From sequence record PZ091942.1: 64,000 nt of DNA, one strand, 5' to 3'. Under the pieces are notes generated by a model. It saw only the letters and a list, made by a program, of their open reading frames with translations, was not told the DNA's origin and did no database searches. How positions within the stretch are numbered: the stretch's first letter is position 1; the number at the start of each line of letters is the position of its first letter. Positions 34,487-43,727 of this stretch are shown piece by piece. The translations under genes and the position numbers were made by a program. This DNA comes from a phage.

Positions 34487-34495
34487 TAATGTATA
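34487..34495 (+). promoter_or_regulatory. TAATGTATA promoter-like motif
   Basis: Exact motif 59 nt upstream of SSB ATG; TATAAT at about 34460-34465 nearby. Confidence 0.35.
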
Positions 34496-34554
34496 TAGTA
34501 TACCAACCGCTCAAAGAGAGCAACAATCTTAAATTTATATAAGGAAATATTAAT

Positions 34555-35295
34555 ATGTCTATGATCCCTGAACTGTCTGTATCCCGTAAATCCAACTACG
34601 ATGTAATCCCTGATGGCGAGTACGAAGCACGCATTGTTCGTGTAGTAGGTTTAGGTGTTCACAATCGTGACCCTTGGATTGACCCTAAGACCAAAGCAGT
34701 TACTCCTAAGAACCCAGCTTTCCGTATGGACTTGGCTTTTGAACTGATTGGCGTGGATGCAACAGGGATTGATAATGAAGGCAAACCTCTGGACCCTCGT
34801 CCTGCTTGCCAGTTTAAAACTTTCGATGTAAACCCACGAGCTAAGAATTCTGGTATTCTGAATTTGATTAAAATGATCGACCCAAGTGTTCAAGCACTGA
34901 AAGGTGATTTGGGTTGGTTTAAAGATATGCTGTTAGGTCAGCCTGTTAACATTCTGGTTAACTCCTATGTAAACAAAGCTGGGGAGAAGAAAAATTCTAT
35001 TAAGAGTATTACTCCAATCCCGACCAAGTATCGTGATGCAGTAGGTGCTCCTCGTAGCGACCTTATCTTCTTCGAACCGTATGCTGAGACTGATGCTAAC
35101 TTAACCGCTTATCAAGCTATGTTCCCATTCCAACGTAACCTTCTGACCCAAGCTAATGATGCTAAGAACATTCCTCTGGCTGGTCGTGAAGTTACTCGCG
35201 CTTCTGATACTGAACAGAAAGATGCGACTCCTAGTATCCCTACTATTAATGAAGAGCCGCAGTCTACCTTTGAAGAAGATGATAGCCCTTTCTAA
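34555..35295 (+). CDS. single-stranded DNA-binding protein (putative, acidic C-terminal tail)
   Basis: AAGGAA RBS; C-terminus ...TFEEDDSPF resembles the conserved acidic SSB tail ending in Phe. Confidence 0.55.
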   Translation: MSMIPELSVSRKSNYDVIPDGEYEARIVRVVGLGVHNRDPWIDPKTKAVTPKNPAFRMDLAFELIGVDATGIDNEGKPLDPRPACQFKTFDVNPRAKNSGILNLIKMIDPSVQALKGDLGWFKDMLLGQPVNILVNSYVNKAGEKKNSIKSITPIPTKYRDAVGAPRSDLIFFEPYAETDANLTAYQAMFPFQRNLLTQANDAKNIPLAGREVTRASDTEQKDATPSIPTINEEPQSTFEEDDSPF

Positions 35296-35318
35296 TGAAT
35301 CTCTCCTTGTAATAGCTT

Positions 35319-35346
35319 AGCCACCTTCGGGTGGCTTTTTTCGTTG
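35319..35346 (+). terminator. rho-independent terminator
   Basis: AGCCACC-TTCG-GGTGGCT perfect hairpin then TTTTTTCGTT. Confidence 0.65.
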
Positions 35347-35354
35347 GGGTTAAA

Positions 35355-35702
35355 ATGGAAAAGCTTCAAAACAATATAGGTTTCTTAGTCTTTACAGCTC
35401 TGGTTTTCTTTGGTGGTATGAAGTTTGAGCAATATCGAAATGATAGTAATGCTCTTGACCAAGAGAAGAAACAGCAAGAGATAGAGATAGAGAGAGCTAA
35501 GGCTGCTGATGAAGTAGCTCAGAAAGTTCTGACTGGTTTAACTAACTGGAAGAAGAACACAGAAACTATTTACAAAGAGATGCATTATGAAAAGACTAAG
35601 CCAGTTTTTTACAATGTGTGTGCTAGCGATGAATTTGTCAGCTTGTTCAACGAGCGACAACAGCAGGCAGCTAGTGCCCTTACCAACAAACCTAAAAGCT
35701 GA
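35355..35702 (+). CDS. i-spanin (Rz-like)
   Basis: ATG after GGGG; N-terminal TM helix IGFLVFTALVFFGG then charged coiled-coil; track GTG 35331 lies inside the terminator and was rejected. Confidence 0.6.
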   Translation: MEKLQNNIGFLVFTALVFFGGMKFEQYRNDSNALDQEKKQQEIEIERAKAADEVAQKVLTGLTNWKKNTETIYKEMHYEKTKPVFYNVCASDEFVSLFNERQQQAASALTNKPKS

Positions 35703-35847
35703 ATGCGATATAGACCTCCCTTTACTTCAGAGTGGACAAGGAGTAGCATTTGCAACAACACTTGAGTGGTATCAGGATAACTACACAATCTGTGCTGCTA
35801 ACCACAATGGTTTACTTAAAGCTCTCAAAGAGAGAGGAATACAATGA
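35587..35847 (+). CDS. o-spanin (Rz1-like lipoprotein), overlapping i-spanin
   Basis: Signal peptide ending in lipobox LSAC; begins inside the i-spanin gene in another frame and extends beyond it. Confidence 0.6.
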   Translation: MKRLSQFFTMCVLAMNLSACSTSDNSRQLVPLPTNLKAECDIDLPLLQSGQGVAFATTLEWYQDNYTICAANHNGLLKALKERGIQ

Positions 35848-36068
35848 TCAGAGCAGAACTTACAATACCAGAAGGCGTTACTCAGCTTCATGCAGTATGG
35901 GAGTATAACAACCAGATTTGGGGACGAACCTTTAAGTTCTTTGTCGATGGAGATCAATCCTATTGGGCCTATTATGACTCTGAAGAGGATATGTGGATTA
36001 AAGTGAGTGGCATTCAGACAGCCATCCCTTGCCCTGAAACGGCTATGTATTTATTCTGCGTAGTTTAA
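35844..36068 (+). CDS. hypothetical protein
   Basis: ATGA-coupled 74-aa ORF. Confidence 0.45.
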   Translation: MIRAELTIPEGVTQLHAVWEYNNQIWGRTFKFFVDGDQSYWAYYDSEEDMWIKVSGIQTAIPCPETAMYLFCVV

Positions 36069-36092
36069 TGTAAAGTAAGTTAAGGATGACTT

Positions 36093-36743
36093 ATGAAGAA
36101 AAAGACAACACCTACACGCTATCGTATTCATGGCATTCCTATTAAGTATTATCCAACCTTCGATGAATTCTATCGAGAGAACTGGAAAGTTGTGCATAAG
36201 TATTTTATGTATGACATTAAAGATTATCACGAAGCAGAGGATGTTGCTCAGGAAGTGTTACTAAACGCTTGGCGTTTTGTGTTTGCAAAGCAAGAAGAAC
36301 TTCTGCTCACTGATGAAAAAGATATTGAGCACATGACTTATCGTGTCAAGAATATCATCTGGTCGATTCGTTCTAATCGCCAGACAGTTGGAGACCGACG
36401 TATCTACTCTATTCCAGAGGCTGATATGTTTAGACCTCCTGAGATGAATTCATGGGAAAGCCCTTTAGAGATTGCAATGGATAAGCATGACTCTACTGGA
36501 GACCCATTCTTGGAATCTAGAATCTTTTTCTTCTTCCAAGACTTAAGTGATATTATGGATACCAAGAAAATGGCAAGCATGTTCTCTATGCTCTTCCTTG
36601 GAATACCTCATGATCACATCCAGCAGGAGCTGGGAATTTCACACGGAACTTTCTATCGCCGTTATGCAGAGAATCGTGATCTATATGAAGCGGTAGTAGA
36701 GAAGCACTTTGATAAAGAAGATCTTCAAGGGATGATTCAATAA
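36093..36743 (+). CDS. sigma-70/ECF-family sigma factor (putative phage sigma factor)
   Basis: TTAAGGA RBS; region-2-like [13 protein letters not shown] and C-terminal [23 protein letters not shown]. Confidence 0.55.
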   Translation: MKKKTTPTRYRIHGIPIKYYPTFDEFYRENWKVVHKYFMYDIKDYHEAEDVAQEVLLNAWRFVFAKQEELLLTDEKDIEHMTYRVKNIIWSIRSNRQTVGDRRIYSIPEADMFRPPEMNSWESPLEIAMDKHDSTGDPFLESRIFFFFQDLSDIMDTKKMASMFSMLFLGIPHDHIQQELGISHGTFYRRYAENRDLYEAVVEKHFDKEDLQGMIQ

Positions 36744-37339
36744 TGAGTAAACCATTAGTAGTAATTCTGAATGGACCACCGGGTTGTGGTAAAGATACAA
36801 TCGCTAATTCTTGGTTAGAGAAGACACTCGGTAACGATGAGTTTAGACCGCATGTAAAGGCTTTTAAGGAGCCTATGCATCGAGTGGCTGCTGCTGCATT
36901 AGGTCTCCCTCTTCATGAGTTCATGGAGCTGTACAACGACCGTGAGTGGAAAGAACATAACCGTCCTGAATGGGGCGGTAAGTCAGTTCGAGACTTGATG
37001 ATTGTAACTAGTGAGAGCTATCTGAAGCCTATGTTTGGTGAGACCTGCATGGGTAAACTTGCTGTTAGTAGTATTCAACAACGCATCCCATCACAGAATG
37101 ATGTTATCGTCTTCTCTGATGGTGGGTTTAAAGCAGAAGTTGAAGAACTAGAGAAGCATTTCCATGTTCGAGTAGTTCAGATTCTCCGAGATGGCTGCTC
37201 CTTTGAAGGAGATTCCCGTTCTTATATTGAAGGAACAAACCTACCAACCTACCTCCTATTTAATGACCGTTCTGTAGAAGAGGCAGTGGAGGATTTGGAG
37301 TGGATTATTGAAGGGACACGGAGAGGTCTCTATGTCTGA
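36743..37339 (+). CDS. P-loop nucleotide kinase (deoxynucleoside monophosphate kinase-like)
   Basis: Walker A GPPGCGKDT at N-terminus; size typical of dNMP kinases. Confidence 0.55.
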   Translation: MSKPLVVILNGPPGCGKDTIANSWLEKTLGNDEFRPHVKAFKEPMHRVAAAALGLPLHEFMELYNDREWKEHNRPEWGGKSVRDLMIVTSESYLKPMFGETCMGKLAVSSIQQRIPSQNDVIVFSDGGFKAEVEELEKHFHVRVVQILRDGCSFEGDSRSYIEGTNLPTYLLFNDRSVEEAVEDLEWIIEGTRRGLYV

Positions 37340-38153
37340 TGTAATCTATCCTGAAGTAGCAATTGTGGATGCAGATGTTCTACGGTATGAGGTTGGTGCT
37401 CTTACACAAGAGCATCCTTTCCTAGACACAGGTCGTGTTCCAGTTGATTATGGATTTCTGATTGAACGTCTCCAACATAAGATTGATGTAATCATCTCAA
37501 GAGCTGGTTGTGAAAGAACAATCTTTTATTTCAGCGAAGGTGGAAACTTCCGCTTCGATGTTGCCAAGCAGCAAGGTTATAAAGCTAACCGACCTCCGGG
37601 AGAAAGGCCACATCACTGGCAGAACGTTAGTGATTACATCAAAGAACATTATCAGTACGTTGAAGTGTTTGGTAGAGAAGCAGATGATGCACTCGCTGAA
37701 CGGCAGCGTATAGAGAAGAACACTATCATCTGTACTCGTGATAAAGATTTGTTAATCACTCCCGGATGGCATTATCGCTGGGCTTGTGGTGAACGACAGA
37801 AAGAAGTACCACCTCATTATGTATCAGAGGAAGTAGCATGGCAGAACTTCTTCTATCAGATGTTGATTGGGGATAGTACAGATAACATCCCCGGATGTGG
37901 TGAGAAAGTTGAAATGATGTGGGGCGGTAATTTAGTTATGCGTCGTAAGGGTATTGGTAGCAAAGCTGCTATCAAACTTATTGAGAAGGTATTCGATAAG
38001 TGGACTCTTTATCATATTATACGAATGGAATACTATAAGAGGTTCGAGGAAGAAGCAGAAGCTAAGATGTTAGAAAATGCTCGATTGCTCTTCGTTGGAC
38101 AAGCTGAAGGCGACCTGTTCGATTGGTCGTGGTTAGATAAAACTTGGGAATAA
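37332..38153 (+). CDS. 5'-3' exonuclease / flap endonuclease (T7 gp6-like)
   Basis: ATG with GAGAGG RBS (track start 37308 is TTG); IVDADVLRY, GYKANR, GDSTDNIPGCGEK, GIGSKAAIKLI. Confidence 0.8.
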   Translation: MSDVIYPEVAIVDADVLRYEVGALTQEHPFLDTGRVPVDYGFLIERLQHKIDVIISRAGCERTIFYFSEGGNFRFDVAKQQGYKANRPPGERPHHWQNVSDYIKEHYQYVEVFGREADDALAERQRIEKNTIICTRDKDLLITPGWHYRWACGERQKEVPPHYVSEEVAWQNFFYQMLIGDSTDNIPGCGEKVEMMWGGNLVMRRKGIGSKAAIKLIEKVFDKWTLYHIIRMEYYKRFEEEAEAKMLENARLLFVGQAEGDLFDWSWLDKTWE

Positions 38154-38163
38154 GGATATTATA

Positions 38164-38355
38164 ATGGGTAAATTTGACTATCGTTCGTATGATGAAAATT
38201 CCTCTAATCGTGAGTCTCGCAAAGACCAGAAGATTAAACATCAAGCATTTGATCGTCGTACTGGACGTATCCCTCGTGCTGAAAAAGAATCACATCGTAT
38301 TAACAAACGTATTTGGGAAGACGCTGATATGGATGTAGGTTATGGCGAAGGCTGA
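38164..38355 (+). CDS. small basic hypothetical protein
   Basis: 63-aa ORF. Confidence 0.4.
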   Translation: MGKFDYRSYDENSSNRESRKDQKIKHQAFDRRTGRIPRAEKESHRINKRIWEDADMDVGYGEG

Positions 38356-38746
38356 GAAAACAAGATGTTCAAACCAGTGGACTGAAGCACGTTACAATTC
38401 CTTCATCAAGTCAGGGATTCGTTCTCTGACTAGAAAGTGGAAGCCTATGTTTGATGCTCTCAAAGAAGCTCAGACAGAACGTAAGACCAACCCTAAGACT
38501 GGCAAGCTGGCAATGCACTACAAGTGTGCCATGTGTGGTAATGACTCTCCTCTTAAGGAAGTAGCTGTTGACCACATTAATCCTATTGTTCCAGTGGACC
38601 ATGAAGCATCTTGGGATGAAATCATTGAGAGAGCTTTGGTTGAGGTAGATGGCTTTCAAGTCTTGTGTAAAGAACCTTGCCATAAGATTAAAACTAAGGA
38701 AGAGAATGATGCAAGACGCGAATTTAAAAAATCTAGAGACTCCTGA
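38342..38746 (+). CDS. HNH endonuclease
   Basis: CAMCG ... VDHINPIV ... CKEPCHKIKT HNH/zinc motif. Confidence 0.6.
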   Translation: MAKAEKTRCSNQWTEARYNSFIKSGIRSLTRKWKPMFDALKEAQTERKTNPKTGKLAMHYKCAMCGNDSPLKEVAVDHINPIVPVDHEASWDEIIERALVEVDGFQVLCKEPCHKIKTKEENDARREFKKSRDS

Positions 38747-39008
38747 AGAGAAGGAAGTCTTTGAATCTATGAACAAGGAAAATACAAATGATCAAGTATC
38801 TACGACACAAACTCTTCGCTTTAGCTATCGTAATTGGAGAGGCGAAGTTGCAGACCGCTCCGTTATTCCTTTACGAACCTCAGTTGCTTCTTCCCGTTAT
38901 CATAATGGGGGCAAACCTTGTTGGATAATGACCGCTTGGGACAATGACAAGAATGACATTCGAGAGTTTAAGCTCTCTGATATTATTAAGTATTATGATT
39001 TAATCTAG
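38706..39008 (+). CDS. hypothetical protein
   Basis: In-frame ATG with AAGGAAG RBS inside track ORF 38649-39008; last plus-strand gene. Confidence 0.35.
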   Translation: MMQDANLKNLETPEEKEVFESMNKENTNDQVSTTQTLRFSYRNWRGEVADRSVIPLRTSVASSRYHNGGKPCWIMTAWDNDKNDIREFKLSDIIKYYDLI

Positions 39009-39206
39009 GAGGTCTTATGATTGACTTCGAAGAAGAAAATTGGGATGTATGATGAATTCGATGGATTCTAATAGCCTTGGGTTTTCTCTTTGTTCTAATG
39101 GTTTCTATTAAGAGCAAGGACACACCCCTACTGTATAGTAGATATGGCAAGAGAAGTGATAAAGGTTTGATATCAAAATGTCGAATCTATATCTAGAAAT
39201 AAAGAA

Positions 39207-39245
39207 GCCCCCTTCCTTTTTACAGGTTGGGGGCTTTTCTTGTTT
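39207..39245. terminator. bidirectional terminator at convergence of the two modules
   Basis: GCCCCC / GGGGGC stem with 16-nt loop; T-rich on plus side and A-rich upstream, so U-tracts on both strands. Confidence 0.5.
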
Positions 39246-42200
39246 ACTCCTTAGCTCGAACTCTAACACGGAGTTTAGCTTGACGCTTACCTCTCTCCAA
39301 CTTGTCAGACAGAGAACCACGTTTGACTTTCAACTCTCCCTCGTCATTATACTTCTCCAAGAACTGTAAATACTCTTGTCGAGTAGTTGTCTTGTAAGAA
39401 GGAATCTTAACATCAGGATTCTCTTCAATCACACGTCTAATCTTCGCTACATCATCTCGCCCTAAAAGTTTCCCTTTAGCTTGTTCAGCAGTAGAACCAA
39501 AGATTTTCTCCAGTGCTCTAGATTTGTTACCACCCGCTGAAGCAGCACCAAGTTTCGCAATAGCAGAGTAATCGTCAGCACTAAACCAAGCCACTGGATT
39601 ATCTCCATATTGTTTCTTGTTCTCCGCAGCAGTTTGTAAAGCACGCACAAAGCGACGGTTATTACCAGCTTTGTCAGCACCATGAACCCTATCTAGAACC
39701 TCCGCTACACTAGCCAGCTCCTGCAAGTCTTTCCCTTCGATAAAAGCTTTCTCTGCTTTGTTAGCAAAGTCATCTTCCTGCTTCTTAATACTTTCCAGTA
39801 TATCAGAGGAGGCTTGAGATCTTTCATCTTCCGGCAACGCCGAACGAACTTTCTCCATTTCCAACTCTTCATCCTGAAGTTTCTTCAACCCAGAATCTAC
39901 CTTCTTCGCATCTTCGATAGCTTTCGAAGTGTCTGCATCCACCTCTACCTTTCCATCCATATCACCAGTTGCCTTAGCAATATCTTTCTCGATTGGTGTC
40001 ATCTTCTCAAAATCCTTAGCAAACTTAGAGATATCAGATTCAATACGAGAGCGAGCATTCTGGTGCTCAGTAGGAGTCATGGGTTTCTCCAGAAGAGAGT
40101 AACGGTTATCCATATAAGAACCTGCAAAGATTTCTGCATCTTCCTTAGGAATGCCCTTATCCTCCATAGAACGCATCAGGCGCTTGTGAATGTCATCACG
40201 TTGACGTTGTACTGCCATACGATCATTCTCTGCTTCCTGAGCTTCCTTGAGCTTCTTATCACGCTGTACACGAGAGTCAATGTCGAATTTACGGTTCATC
40301 TCTTCCGCTTGCTCATACATCTTATTCCACTTAGCTTCACGAGCATCTTCTTCCGCTTCAGTGAGTCGACGTTTACGGTCGATGTAATCACTCTCTGCGT
40401 TGTGGATACGTTCAATGATACTACGGAAACGCTCTGGTGGTACAGGAGAGTTCTTCTCATGGTGAGCTGCTAACTGTTTCAGCGTACGACCTTCCTGAGC
40501 TTCACGTACTGACTCTGGCAGATCTTTCATCAGTTTCTCCATCTCCGATTTCTGAGCCGCTATAGCTTCGAGAGACTGCCTTTCTGTCTCTACCGCTGCC
40601 TTGGCATCACTACGAGCCTTAGCCCTGTTACGGAGCGTATCAAGACGTTCCTGACGTGCTTGCAGGTGTTTAGCTGCTGCTTCGTACTGAGAGTTCTTAT
40701 TAGCTTTGTTGAACATGTTAACTTCACGGTTATAGGTGTTGATAAAGCCATCCCATATATCCTTCATCTGTCCCACTTCCAAAGCATCTTCCCTTCCAGC
40801 CCTCTCTGAAGCTTTAAACTTCCCATCTACAAAATCTTCCATCATCTTACGCATAGCATCTTTCTGAGCTGGACGTAATGGCTCTGCATCAAGAAGTGTA
40901 TTGATTTCACTGTGTAACTCTTTCTTCTGGTCAACCAGTTTAGGGGCATCAGCTTTGTCAATCTTCTTATTCTCTGCAAGAGCTTCCTCATACAGCTTGT
41001 TAAATTCATCATCACGTTGTTTCTGATACAGACGTTCAGACCTACGCTTCAGTGAATCCAAACTAGTCACGTTCCCACCAATACCTTTCTCCTCAGCACG
41101 TAATGCCTTGGTAGCAATATCAGAAGGCAGACCACGTTCCTTAACCCAATCAGCAAACGAAGAACGAACACGTTGTGACTTAGCAGCAGCAATACCCTGT
41201 TGAGAAGCAAGCTGGTTACGAGCCATCTCAGCATGACGTTCAGAGTTGTTCGCTTGGTCTTCCTGACGAATACGACGCATCAACTCTTTCGGGTCACCTT
41301 TATAAGAAAGGAAGTTCTCAGCTGTAGCTTTAGCCTTCGCACTTGCCGTATACAGAGAACGAGCAAAGCGATCTGCACGGTCTTTAGTAGCTTGACGAGC
41401 AGCACTTGACATAGCAGCCAGACGTTCGATTCCAGTAGCCGGTTTAACAGGCTCAGCCTCAACCTCAGGAGCTTTAGGAGCACGGGTAGGCAATGGCTCT
41501 GCTTGAACAGTTGGCTCCTCAGGGGCGCTCTCAGCAGCCTTGCTGGCCTCTTCTGCTTCTTGACGTTTACGAGCTTCTGAAACAGCACGACGTTGAGCAA
41601 CTAAATCTCTCGCTGTAGTAACTGGTTCTTGTGGCTCTGGCTCGGGAGTTGGCTCTTCCTGAATCTTACTAGCTTCGGCTTCCTGACGTCTAGCTTGAGC
41701 TTCCTTCAAAGCACGTCTTTGTGCGACCAAATCACGAGCAGTTAAAGGAGAGGTTTGAGGAGAGGAAATTTCTTCCGTCACAGTAGTAGCAGAAGGCTCC
41801 CGAACCGGTTCGATTTCCGGGTCATTTTGAGTTCTAAATTTAATGTCATCAACTTCAGGTTCTTTCTCCATCGCAGCACGAGCTTCATCAGCCTGAGCAC
41901 GAGCACGAGTTACTTCCATATCACTACGAGCAAGAGAACGAATAGCTTCGCTGTTAGCCGCCTGTTGACCTTCACGTTGAGAGCGAGCACGGTCAGAACG
42001 GAAACGGTTGAGAACATGTTTAGCAGCACCAAGTGGATTCTTAATCAGAACCGGAGGAGCAGCTTCTTTGAAACCGTCAGCAGTTAGAGAGGTCCAACCA
42101 CGGTCTTGGTTACTCATTAACTTAGCTGTGTTATTCAGAGTGAAAGCATCTTGGATTGGGTTGAAACCTTCAGGCATACCTTTGAGTTTCTTCAAACCAC

Positions 42201-43662
42201 CAATAGCAGTTTTCATCTCTGGAGATACATTATCAGAAAGCTTCTGTAGTTCAGTAGCTTTCTCAATGAAGTTATTGAAGTCTTCACCATCACGAGCTTT
42301 GAATCGGTTAGCTTCATTATAGAAAGTTTTGTAAGCATCAATGAAGTCACGGTCAGCTTGAGTACGGTTCTTAATATCCATAGCACTACCGGTAAAGTCA
42401 CCACTAGCACGAGCAGATGTTAATTCACGGTCAAGATTATCTAGTACGTCAGATAGAGACTTAGTGTTGTCTTTCGTATAGTCAGCCATTGCATCTTTCA
42501 TTGCTACAGCTTGTTTCTGGTTATGTTCGTTATCAGCGTTCGCTTTACCTTGACGCTTATTAGGAGCAGCAAGAGGATTCAAACCCGGAACATTAGAACG
42601 ATCTTCCAGAATAGTAGCAGCCTTCTCAGCACGACCTTGGTCAGTGTTCAGGATACGCTGAGCAGCAGGAGAATCCATAGCCACAGCATCAGTAACACGG
42701 AAACCATTCTCGTCCAGAAGGTTAAGGGCAGAAGCAGTGTTAGCATTGTCAGCTTTAGAATACGCTTCACGTAATTCATCAGCATTAGTAGCACTACGTA
42801 TCGCTTCATCTTCAGCAGCAATATCTGTCTTCACATGATCAGGAGTACGGTCAAAGACTTGAGGACTAGGACGACTTATCAATCCATGAACCCCACCGAT
42901 AGCCCCACCGTAAGCAGCACCCATCGCACCTTCTTCTACAGCACCTTCAATAATATTAGCAAGAGTAGTGTCATCACTATATTTGTTCTGTGCTTCAGCA
43001 GCACCTACAAGAGCACCACCTTTAGCACCAGCCACTGCGTTAGATGCTACACTCTGACCAACACGACCTAGAGTAGTAGAAGCAGTGCCTGTCATCCCCG
43101 GAAGAATCTTCTGAGCTGCAAAGTTAGCACCACCAACTAAACCAGCATCAAGAACAGACTTCTCTTCACCCTCTTCTGGAGTTTGGTCTGCATAAGCTCT
43201 ACCTGTCTCACGAGCTGCAATAACAGCAGCAGCTACAGCAGGGTTAGCAACTGTCAAACCGATATCAGCAGCGACACCAGCATACTGACCAGCTGACTTC
43301 CCAATCCCATCTTCAATCTTAGAGAGACGTTCTTCTAATAAATTCTTAGAGTTCTCTTGAATACGCTTACCATAGCTTGTCTGTGAACTAGTTAGATTCT
43401 CTCCAATCTCAACTAATCCACCAATACCTCTAGCAGCACTAGCTGCAATATTAGCACCACCTGATTGAATAGCATTGGACACACCTTGAGCAAAGTCACC
43501 AATTAATCCCGGTTGTTCTTCTTGTTTCAGAGCTGGAGCCGCCTCAGGAATTGTTCCACCTGCTGCTTTATATTGTTCTCGCATCTGAGACTGTTGCTCA
43601 GGGGAGGCATTCAAATACGCAGGGCTTTTAGAAGCTTCTTCCCACGGTTTTAAGTTAGCCAT
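39244..43662 (-). CDS. large virion protein (1472 aa; internal/ejection or tape-measure-like, function unassigned)
   Basis: AAGGAG RBS and TAATGTATA motif upstream; Gly/Ala-rich N-terminal segments then very long charged coiled-coil. Confidence 0.6.
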   Translation of the reverse strand: MANLKPWEEASKSPAYLNASPEQQSQMREQYKAAGGTIPEAAPALKQEEQPGLIGDFAQGVSNAIQSGGANIAASAARGIGGLVEIGENLTSSQTSYGKRIQENSKNLLEERLSKIEDGIGKSAGQYAGVAADIGLTVANPAVAAAVIAARETGRAYADQTPEEGEEKSVLDAGLVGGANFAAQKILPGMTGTASTTLGRVGQSVASNAVAGAKGGALVGAAEAQNKYSDDTTLANIIEGAVEEGAMGAAYGGAIGGVHGLISRPSPQVFDRTPDHVKTDIAAEDEAIRSATNADELREAYSKADNANTASALNLLDENGFRVTDAVAMDSPAAQRILNTDQGRAEKAATILEDRSNVPGLNPLAAPNKRQGKANADNEHNQKQAVAMKDAMADYTKDNTKSLSDVLDNLDRELTSARASGDFTGSAMDIKNRTQADRDFIDAYKTFYNEANRFKARDGEDFNNFIEKATELQKLSDNVSPEMKTAIGGLKKLKGMPEGFNPIQDAFTLNNTAKLMSNQDRGWTSLTADGFKEAAPPVLIKNPLGAAKHVLNRFRSDRARSQREGQQAANSEAIRSLARSDMEVTRARAQADEARAAMEKEPEVDDIKFRTQNDPEIEPVREPSATTVTEEISSPQTSPLTARDLVAQRRALKEAQARRQEAEASKIQEEPTPEPEPQEPVTTARDLVAQRRAVSEARKRQEAEEASKAAESAPEEPTVQAEPLPTRAPKAPEVEAEPVKPATGIERLAAMSSAARQATKDRADRFARSLYTASAKAKATAENFLSYKGDPKELMRRIRQEDQANNSERHAEMARNQLASQQGIAAAKSQRVRSSFADWVKERGLPSDIATKALRAEEKGIGGNVTSLDSLKRRSERLYQKQRDDEFNKLYEEALAENKKIDKADAPKLVDQKKELHSEINTLLDAEPLRPAQKDAMRKMMEDFVDGKFKASERAGREDALEVGQMKDIWDGFINTYNREVNMFNKANKNSQYEAAAKHLQARQERLDTLRNRAKARSDAKAAVETERQSLEAIAAQKSEMEKLMKDLPESVREAQEGRTLKQLAAHHEKNSPVPPERFRSIIERIHNAESDYIDRKRRLTEAEEDAREAKWNKMYEQAEEMNRKFDIDSRVQRDKKLKEAQEAENDRMAVQRQRDDIHKRLMRSMEDKGIPKEDAEIFAGSYMDNRYSLLEKPMTPTEHQNARSRIESDISKFAKDFEKMTPIEKDIAKATGDMDGKVEVDADTSKAIEDAKKVDSGLKKLQDEELEMEKVRSALPEDERSQASSDILESIKKQEDDFANKAEKAFIEGKDLQELASVAEVLDRVHGADKAGNNRRFVRALQTAAENKKQYGDNPVAWFSADDYSAIAKLGAASAGGNKSRALEKIFGSTAEQAKGKLLGRDDVAKIRRVIEENPDVKIPSYKTTTRQEYLQFLEKYNDEGELKVKRGSLSDKLERGKRQAKLRVRVRAKE

Positions 43663-43698
43663 AATTTCTCCTTATAAATAAAAATGTCCTACCTCCTA

Positions 43699-43707
43699 TA
43701 TACATTA
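43699..43707 (-). promoter_or_regulatory. TAATGTATA promoter-like motif (minus strand)
   Basis: Exact motif 36 nt upstream of ATG at 43662. Confidence 0.3.
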
Positions 43708-43727
43708 TAAGAGATAGGACTTAGGTC

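Noticed and set aside
35331-35354. GTG start of track ORF 35331-35702
   Set aside because: The GTG lies inside the 3' arm of the terminator hairpin at 35319-35346; the ATG at 35355 downstream of GGGG is the plausible start.
39814-40473. Plus-strand ORF (219 aa) and similar antisense ORFs (41200-42322, 44100-44978, 51479-52063, 53441-53956, 55889-56314)
   Set aside because: They lie entirely inside long, well-supported minus-strand structural genes, lack RBS, and have Ser/Leu/Arg/Phe/Cys-rich low-complexity translations typical of antisense frames.
39244-43662. 1472-aa protein considered as a virion RNA polymerase or as a classical tape-measure protein
   Set aside because: No polymerase-type catalytic motifs seen; composition is mainly charged coiled-coil; without major tail tube/sheath genes a siphovirus tape measure is not supported, so it is left as a large internal/ejection-type virion protein.
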